DNA of 64,000 nucleotides from Bacteriovoracia bacterium. Its GTDB lineage: Bacteria; Bdellovibrionota; UBA1018; JBFWNL01. Position numbers and translations under genes: made by a program. The first letter of the stretch is position 1; each line of letters starts with the position of its first letter. The notes under the pieces are model-generated. The model had not been told where the DNA came from and made no database searches. It saw nothing but the letters and a program-made list of their open reading frames with translations. This document shows, one piece after another, positions 58,252-64,000 of this stretch. The stretch covers positions 459,825 through 523,824 of the forward strand of contig JBFWNL010000001.1 of the NCBI GenBank assembly GCA_050251055.1. Direction: 5' to 3'.

Positions 58252-58476
58252 ATGAGTTCCACCAATAGCCCGGTTACGGGCGTGATCAGCGAAGAACTCG
58301 TCATCCTAGACTTCGGCAAATACGAAGGCAAAACGGTGCGGGACATTTCCGAGATGGATCCCGATTTCTACACCAAGCTTGCCAATGAAAAAGAGCGCGG
58401 CGTGTTCGCAATTCGTCGTCATCGCGACAAGACCTTCCGCCTCTACGTGAATCCGCTTACGGAGATCGACAACTAA
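58252..58476 (+). CDS. Small hypothetical protein with FGKYxG motif (DUF3820-like)
   Basis: LDFGKYEGKTV..I...DPDF; GGAGG SD upstream; alternative start 58207. Confidence 0.65.
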   Translation: MSSTNSPVTGVISEELVILDFGKYEGKTVRDISEMDPDFYTKLANEKERGVFAIRRHRDKTFRLYVNPLTEIDN

Positions 58477-58485
58477 GCCCCTGGC

Positions 58486-59310
58486 TTAGAGTTCGATCTC
58501 GCCCCAGAAAACTTCCGCCGCCGGACCGGTTTTATACACGGCTTTTCCGGCTTTCCATTCCAGCTTCAGCTTACCCCCCGGCAGCTCGACCGAAACCGGT
58601 GAACGCGCGCGTCCCGTATCGATAGCCGCTACCGCGGCGGCGCAAGCGCCAGTTCCGCACGCAAGCGTCGCTCCCGCGCCGCGCTCCCAAACTTTCACCT
58701 GAATACGCGACTTGGACTTTACGACGACGAACTCCACGTTCGTGCGCTCGGGGAAACGGGCGTGCTTTTCAATCAAGGGACCCAAGGCCGCGAGGTCAAT
58801 TCGACTCAAGTCCTTCACGAAAATCACCGCGTGGGGATTGCCCATGCTCACCTCGTGAAAGCGAAACTGCTTGCCCGCCACCGCGATCAGTTCCCCTTCC
58901 TGACCGTGCTTACGCCCCAGGCGTGGGAAACCCATGGCGACTCGCACCTGGTCACGGCCGACGAGCTCAAGCCCAATGGGCCCAGCGTCGGTGTCGATTT
59001 GAAAAGTACGCGCGGTCTTGGTCCGCCGGGCGCCATAACGAGAGAGGTAGACCCCCACCGCCCGGGCGCCATTGCCACACATCTCGGCCCGCGTGCCATC
59101 GCCGTTCCAAATTTCCAGGCGGGCGTCGCTGCGCGAGCCTCGCGCGGCGGGCACCAGGTGAAGGATCTGGTCCGCCCCGACGCCAAAATGCCGGTCGCAA
59201 AGGCGGCGAGCCGTGGCCTTGGTGACGACGTGGCGGCGCTTCGCCTTGCGGTCGTCGATCACGACGAAGTCGTTCCCTAACCCATGCATTTTCAGGAAGC
59301 GCAGGCGCAT
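58486..59310 (-). CDS. dapF: Diaminopimelate epimerase
   Basis: KMHGLGNDF, EMCGNGAR, MGNPH, NVEF, WERGAGATLACGTG. Confidence 0.97.
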   Translation of the reverse strand: MRLRFLKMHGLGNDFVVIDDRKAKRRHVVTKATARRLCDRHFGVGADQILHLVPAARGSRSDARLEIWNGDGTRAEMCGNGARAVGVYLSRYGARRTKTARTFQIDTDAGPIGLELVGRDQVRVAMGFPRLGRKHGQEGELIAVAGKQFRFHEVSMGNPHAVIFVKDLSRIDLAALGPLIEKHARFPERTNVEFVVVKSKSRIQVKVWERGAGATLACGTGACAAAVAAIDTGRARSPVSVELPGGKLKLEWKAGKAVYKTGPAAEVFWGEIEL

Positions 59311-59351
59311 CCCGTCTTTTATATGATGTTTCGCGGGCGTTGACCAGCCCG

Positions 59352-61880
59352 TCAACGCGCCTGGTAGGCGTCTTCGCTCGCTAGGCCACGGGTGGCGCTT
59401 TCGCCATACCGCTTCAGCTCCTTGACGATGTGGTTGGAGACCTGGCTGCAAATGGGGGCCTTGGTTTTGATCTCGGCTAGCAGCGACTTGAGATCCTTGA
59501 TCTCGTCCTCTAGACGCGTCACTTCCAACGTCGCCGAGGCCACCCCGCCGTTCGTGGTGGAGACGTCCAGCTTGTCCTTAGCCGCGGCGAGCTTGCCCTC
59601 CAGTTCGGTCAAGCGCTTCCGCGCTTCGGTTTTTTCCGAACGTGAGGAGCACAACGAATCCGGGTCAATGCCAGTTTGGGTGATAATATCGCCCACCGGA
59701 TCATTATCTCCGTCGGCCCGATTCCCCAAGGCGTTGACCACGCTTTCAATCCTCGATAGCGGTCCATCCTCATAGCAGTACTGGCACTTGGCGTTCATCC
59801 AACGCTCTTGGTCGGCGTTGAGCCGGTCCACGATCTCTTCACGACATTCGTCGTGCTTAGCCAGAAGCTTGCCATTGGCCTGACCGACTTCCTTCGCGTC
59901 ATCGGCCAGTTTTTGCACCTGAGACGACACCCCTTCCAGGGCGCGAGAAAAATTATCCGGGTTCAAATCCAACATCGGCGGATCCATCGTGCCGCCCACG
60001 TACGCGACCGCGCTCATCGGCGGTTCATACAAACCGTCTTGATCTTTTTGGAGGGTTTCCGGAGAAACGTTGCCCAGCTCCACCGTGGGGCTTACTCCCA
60101 ACGAGGACATGGCGGCGTTGATCTTATTGAGCTCGCTACGGAAGGCCGAGTTCAGGTTCTTGATTTCCGCCTGGCGCGCGGAGGTGAACTTGTCCACCTG
60201 GCCATTCACCGAGACAATGTAGTTTTTCTTGAAGGTGTCAGCACGGCGAATTTCCTGACGAAGATTCGAGATGACCGTCCGGAACGTGTTCACGCAGCCC
60301 GTGAGACCTTGGCACTGAATATAGTACTGCTGGTTGATCCCTTTGACCGGAATCGACGCGCCCGAAGGCACGCCGCGACCGTCCACGAGATTACCCACCG
60401 CCGTCTGGTACTTCACCAGGCAGTCCTTGCGGGTTTCTTCGTTGGCGCTACAGCTCGAGACATCGCCGCCGTTGATGCCGACGGCCGCCGTCGACGTGTA
60501 CGGCATGTGGATCTTGGTCATGTTGGTGCGCAGTTGAATGAATTGCTCGTCGTACTTATTCAACGCCACGTCCACCTGCTTATTGAGGCCTTCCTTATCC
60601 GTCTGGATGGTGCGCTCGAGCCGGCCGATGTCACCGGTTTCCGACGCCCGGCTCTGGTTTACCTCGCGGGCGGCCTTGTCGAAGCAGTAACGATAACGAT
60701 CCATCACCACCGAAGCGAAGGATTCGAAGCCGCCGATCTGCACCCCCTTGAGCTTTTTTTCGAACTTCGCACGCAGCTGGGCCATCGTCGTCACGCTCCG
60801 CTTCTGGCTCGTGAACTCTTTCAATGCCTTCGGATCGTCGGGAACCATGTCGTTAGACGGCATGGCGGTCTTGATCTCGTTAAAGATGCTCTCAACGTAA
60901 GCACGATTGCGGGCAGCCTTCACGTCCATCGCGGCGCGGCCGCTCGTTTCCACGACGTGCTTACCGGTATTGTTATCATAGGTGGTCTTGCTGTACTGCT
61001 CTACGCGGCAGAGGACCAAGTCGCGAAAACTCATGAGGCCGCTGCTCCCTTGGCAGGTCGCGCTCGCGCTCACGACTTCTTTCTCGAAGCACTGCTCCGC
61101 CTTCGCAGCGGCGGCGATGTTCATTACCTCGCCGAACGCCACTTCGTTCTGGCGAATCTGGTCGTAACGCATCTGGAAGGTCGGCACCGATCCGGCCATC
61201 AAATCCTTCAGCTGGGTGGCCTGATCGAGCAGCTTCTCGAGGCCCGGTCCGGCGGTATCGCCGCCCTTCAGGGTCTGTTCCGCGTCTTGGCCCTGAGCGG
61301 CGCGGTCTTCGATATAGGTATTCAACTCCGCGACCTTCTGCCGCTCATTCGTCAGTCCCTGCACGTACAGATCCTTCAGGCGCCCGACATCGTTCTGGAA
61401 CGCCGTCGCCTGCTCTTGCAAGCACTGCAGGTCTTCGACCAACCCTGCCAACTCGTCCTGCTTGCACTTCACCGATTCGGCGTAGCTTTCATTTTGCTTC
61501 TGATAGGTTTCGAAATTGGCGAGCAGATCCGAGCAAGCGCCACCTTCGACAAGGCTGCCTTGCGACCCGCAGGCCGAAGCTCCCGTGCGTGAACCCCCGA
61601 ACGCGCCCTGCGCGGCGGTGAGAAGATCGACCGAGCTCTTGCGCTTGACGGCCTTCATGGCGTTGTCCGCCATCTTACTGATGCCGCCCATGCCTCCCCC
61701 GCATTGGCCGGGGTTCGTTCCGAAGGCGAAGCCGCCCATGCCGGCGTTCGGCGCCACCTGGTACTGCGGAAAAGAATTTTGAATCGATCCCGGCGTGAGA
61801 TTCGGTTCGGCCGCGTCAGCGGAAACGAGACCCAACAACGAGAGCGTGAGCGCGACGGCACGAAGGGCGGAATACTTCAT
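59352..61880 (-). CDS. Large secreted alpha-helical/coiled-coil, Cys-rich hypothetical protein (842 aa)
   Basis: Signal peptide MKYSALRAVALTLSLLGLVSADA; Gly-rich N-terminus; long heptad regions; many Cys. Confidence 0.8.
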   Translation of the reverse strand: MKYSALRAVALTLSLLGLVSADAAEPNLTPGSIQNSFPQYQVAPNAGMGGFAFGTNPGQCGGGMGGISKMADNAMKAVKRKSSVDLLTAAQGAFGGSRTGASACGSQGSLVEGGACSDLLANFETYQKQNESYAESVKCKQDELAGLVEDLQCLQEQATAFQNDVGRLKDLYVQGLTNERQKVAELNTYIEDRAAQGQDAEQTLKGGDTAGPGLEKLLDQATQLKDLMAGSVPTFQMRYDQIRQNEVAFGEVMNIAAAAKAEQCFEKEVVSASATCQGSSGLMSFRDLVLCRVEQYSKTTYDNNTGKHVVETSGRAAMDVKAARNRAYVESIFNEIKTAMPSNDMVPDDPKALKEFTSQKRSVTTMAQLRAKFEKKLKGVQIGGFESFASVVMDRYRYCFDKAAREVNQSRASETGDIGRLERTIQTDKEGLNKQVDVALNKYDEQFIQLRTNMTKIHMPYTSTAAVGINGGDVSSCSANEETRKDCLVKYQTAVGNLVDGRGVPSGASIPVKGINQQYYIQCQGLTGCVNTFRTVISNLRQEIRRADTFKKNYIVSVNGQVDKFTSARQAEIKNLNSAFRSELNKINAAMSSLGVSPTVELGNVSPETLQKDQDGLYEPPMSAVAYVGGTMDPPMLDLNPDNFSRALEGVSSQVQKLADDAKEVGQANGKLLAKHDECREEIVDRLNADQERWMNAKCQYCYEDGPLSRIESVVNALGNRADGDNDPVGDIITQTGIDPDSLCSSRSEKTEARKRLTELEGKLAAAKDKLDVSTTNGGVASATLEVTRLEDEIKDLKSLLAEIKTKAPICSQVSNHIVKELKRYGESATRGLASEDAYQAR

Positions 61881-62048
61881 ATTTTTTAATCCCCTACAAA
61901 TACTGCCAGTGACTACTGATCGGAACTCCAGACTTGTGATTAGCCCTATTATTTTACTATTTTGGTCTGGAATTTGGGAGGGAAAAACCAGGGGTTGTGT
62001 CACGGTCGACACGCCCAATACTTAGGTTTTAACGGACTTGAGGGCCTT

Positions 62049-63119
62049 TTACGCTACTTCTTGCGCCACTTCGCGAATCAAATTCGCGATGTTCGAGAGC
62101 TGCGGCACGCTCGCCATCTCGAGCGGATCGGCCAAGCCAATGCCTGGGAGGAACTCCCCCGCCAATAGGCGCGGACGGGCTTCGAGATCGTAGAACAATT
62201 CGTCGACCGTGCGACGGACCAGGTGCTCGCCGAAGTTCGTCACCTCGGTGTCTTCGTTCACGAAAATCACGCGATGGGTCTTCAAAATCGAGCCCTTGAT
62301 CATCTCCCAATCGTACGGCCAGAGCGTGCGCATATCGATGACTTCAACGCTGATGCCTTCTTCACGTAGCTGATCGGCGGCCTGGGCGCAGAGCGGGAGC
62401 GTGCGGCCGTAGCTCACGACCGTGACCTGATCCCCTTCGCGCACGATCTTGCCTTTTCCAAGCTCGACCGTGTAATCGGTCAGACCCTTCGGCCATTTCG
62501 CCTTCCACTTCGAGCGATCGCCGAGCGGCGCATCGATCATTTCACTGAGTTGCTTCTGTCCTTCCGTCGTCAGCTCCGGCTCGCCCGGAATGGCGTCGGT
62601 ACCGCGCACGCGCAGGAGCGCCTTCGGCTTCAGATACATCGTCGGGTTCGGGTCCTTGAGGCACGCGAGCATAAGCCCGTAAGCATCGAGCGGATTGGAC
62701 GGCATGACGATCTTCCAGCCCGGGATGTGGGTCATGGTCGCGTCGAAAGAGTGCGAATGGTAGATCGAACCGCGGATGCCGCTACCGACCGGGGTCATCA
62801 CCGTCATCGGGAGATTCCAGTCGCCGTTAGAAGCCCAGGACTGCATGCCCGCGAGCTTCAACAGATCGATCGTGTTGTAGATGTAATCGCAGAACTGAAT
62901 CTCGGCCACGCAACGAGAGCCCGCGAGGCCCAGCCCCATGGCGGCACCAATGATTCCGCGCTCGTCGAGCGGGCTGTTCCAGGTCGTCTTCAGACCCTGG
63001 GTAGCCGTGAACACGCCGCCGAGCGGAGGTCCCACGTCTTCGCCAAAGATGTCGTTCAGTCCTAAATTCTCTTCCCCGTAGTGGAGGGCCATGCGGATGG
63101 CCTGCGCCATGTTTGCCAT
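62049..63119 (-). CDS. 2-oxoacid (branched-chain-type) dehydrogenase E1 beta subunit
   Basis: FGEDVG..GGVF.AT, SPLDERGIIG, AEIQFCDY, YHSHS, EVIDMRTLWP. Confidence 0.92.
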   Translation of the reverse strand: MANMAQAIRMALHYGEENLGLNDIFGEDVGPPLGGVFTATQGLKTTWNSPLDERGIIGAAMGLGLAGSRCVAEIQFCDYIYNTIDLLKLAGMQSWASNGDWNLPMTVMTPVGSGIRGSIYHSHSFDATMTHIPGWKIVMPSNPLDAYGLMLACLKDPNPTMYLKPKALLRVRGTDAIPGEPELTTEGQKQLSEMIDAPLGDRSKWKAKWPKGLTDYTVELGKGKIVREGDQVTVVSYGRTLPLCAQAADQLREEGISVEVIDMRTLWPYDWEMIKGSILKTHRVIFVNEDTEVTNFGEHLVRRTVDELFYDLEARPRLLAGEFLPGIGLADPLEMASVPQLSNIANLIREVAQEVA

Positions 63120-63134
63120 GAATATCTCGCTCTC

Positions 63135-64000
63135 TTACCAGTATTTGCCTTTTTGACCTGCGTACACGTGATCGTAAATCGTCGATCCGTCCGGCAGGGG
63201 CTCTTGGCGAACCTGCTTCTGCAGCTCCAGCATCTCGGCCGTGTAACGCTCACGCAGCTCGTCCATCTTGGGGCGGGACAAGAGACCCGCCTTCTCGAGC
63301 TTGCCCTCCAGGCGCACGATGCAATCGGCCTCGTTCGGCACGAAGTTCGCGCCGCTCGCCGAGCTGTGGCCATAGAGGCGCGAGACGTTGGCCTGCAAAA
63401 GCAACGGCTTGCGTTGGCTGCGCACGTAGTCCATCGCTTCTTGGATGGCCAGATAGGAAACTTCCGCGTCGTTGCCGTCGATCACCATGGTCTTGATGCC
63501 GAAGGCCTTGCCGCGATCCGCGATGACCTTGTCGCCATGCTGGGTGTTAGCCGCCGTCGAAATACCCCACTCGTTGTTGGTCACGATCATGAGGATCGGC
63601 AGCTCGTGGCCGGGACGCGAAGCCCACACGAGGCAGGACGCAAAATCTCCTTCGGCCGAGCCAGCGTCGCCCCCGTTGACGATGGTGATGCTGTCCCCGC
63701 CATGCCGCCGCTGCGCGATCGCGGTGCCAATCGCGGTTTGGTACTGCGTTTCAATGGTCGAGGTCACCGGAACCACGTTCCACTTCCGCACGGAAAAGTG
63801 ATTGGAGAAGTTACGGCCACCGGAGAACGGATCCGTCGCCGTATTCTTCATCTGGCGGAGCGGGTCGATCGGCTCCATGCCCATCGCGAGCAGGATGGCG
63901 CTCGAACGATAGTGCAGATGCAGATAGTCATAATCCAACCCCTGGCCCTTCTTAACCTGCAAGCCGAGCGGGATATTGAACGCTTCCTCACCCGGACCAC
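63135..64000 (-). CDS. 2-oxoacid dehydrogenase E1 alpha subunit (5' end outside the window)
   Basis: HYRS, GGRNFSNH, GDAGSAEGDF...NNEWGIS (TPP motif), RLYGHSS; the frame is open to the window edge. Confidence 0.9.
   Translation of the reverse strand, partial: GPGEEAFNIPLGLQVKKGQGLDYDYLHLHYRSSAILLAMGMEPIDPLRQMKNTATDPFSGGRNFSNHFSVRKWNVVPVTSTIETQYQTAIGTAIAQRRHGGDSITIVNGGDAGSAEGDFASCLVWASRPGHELPILMIVTNNEWGISTAANTQHGDKVIADRGKAFGIKTMVIDGNDAEVSYLAIQEAMDYVRSQRKPLLLQANVSRLYGHSSASGANFVPNEADCIVRLEGKLEKAGLLSRPKMDELRERYTAEMLELQKQVRQEPLPDGSTIYDHVYAGQKGKYW

Noticed and set aside
59808-61592. 594-aa ORF on the + strand
   Set aside because: Antisense shadow of the 842-aa gene. It has no motifs, and such ORFs are expected opposite GC3-rich coding sequence.

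Overview
Gene-dense, GC-rich bacterial chromosome segment with about 51 CDSs. I found no rRNA, tRNA, CRISPR array, transposase or integrase. Gene content suggests a Bdellovibrionota-type (Oligoflexia/Bdellovibrionales-like) organism; this is inference from a DgcB-like FHA-GGDEF cyclase, sigma28-like promoters and many secreted orphan proteins. Housekeeping genes: pgi, ampG, an RND pump, pepN, ettA, an addB-like nuclease, a purF-C-D-N-L-Q-H-M operon, dapF and 2-oxoacid dehydrogenase E1 alpha/beta. Accessory genes: a split CDP-branched-sugar/glycosylation cluster, a eukaryote-like sphingolipid Delta4-desaturase beside a phospholipid N-methyltransferase, and a Tat-exported intradiol dioxygenase. 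The best candidate for an undescribed system is the run cupredoxin (nitrosocyanin-like) - HAD phosphatase - output-less dCache/HAMP membrane sensor - Npt/TLC-like transporter with a helical tail, where the last two genes are translationally coupled. Other notable signals are recurrent leaderless-type promoters, a TPR/OM-barrel/lipoprotein operon and a 2OG-oxygenase fused to a TonB-C-like domain. All calls come from reading motifs by eye; no database searches were run.
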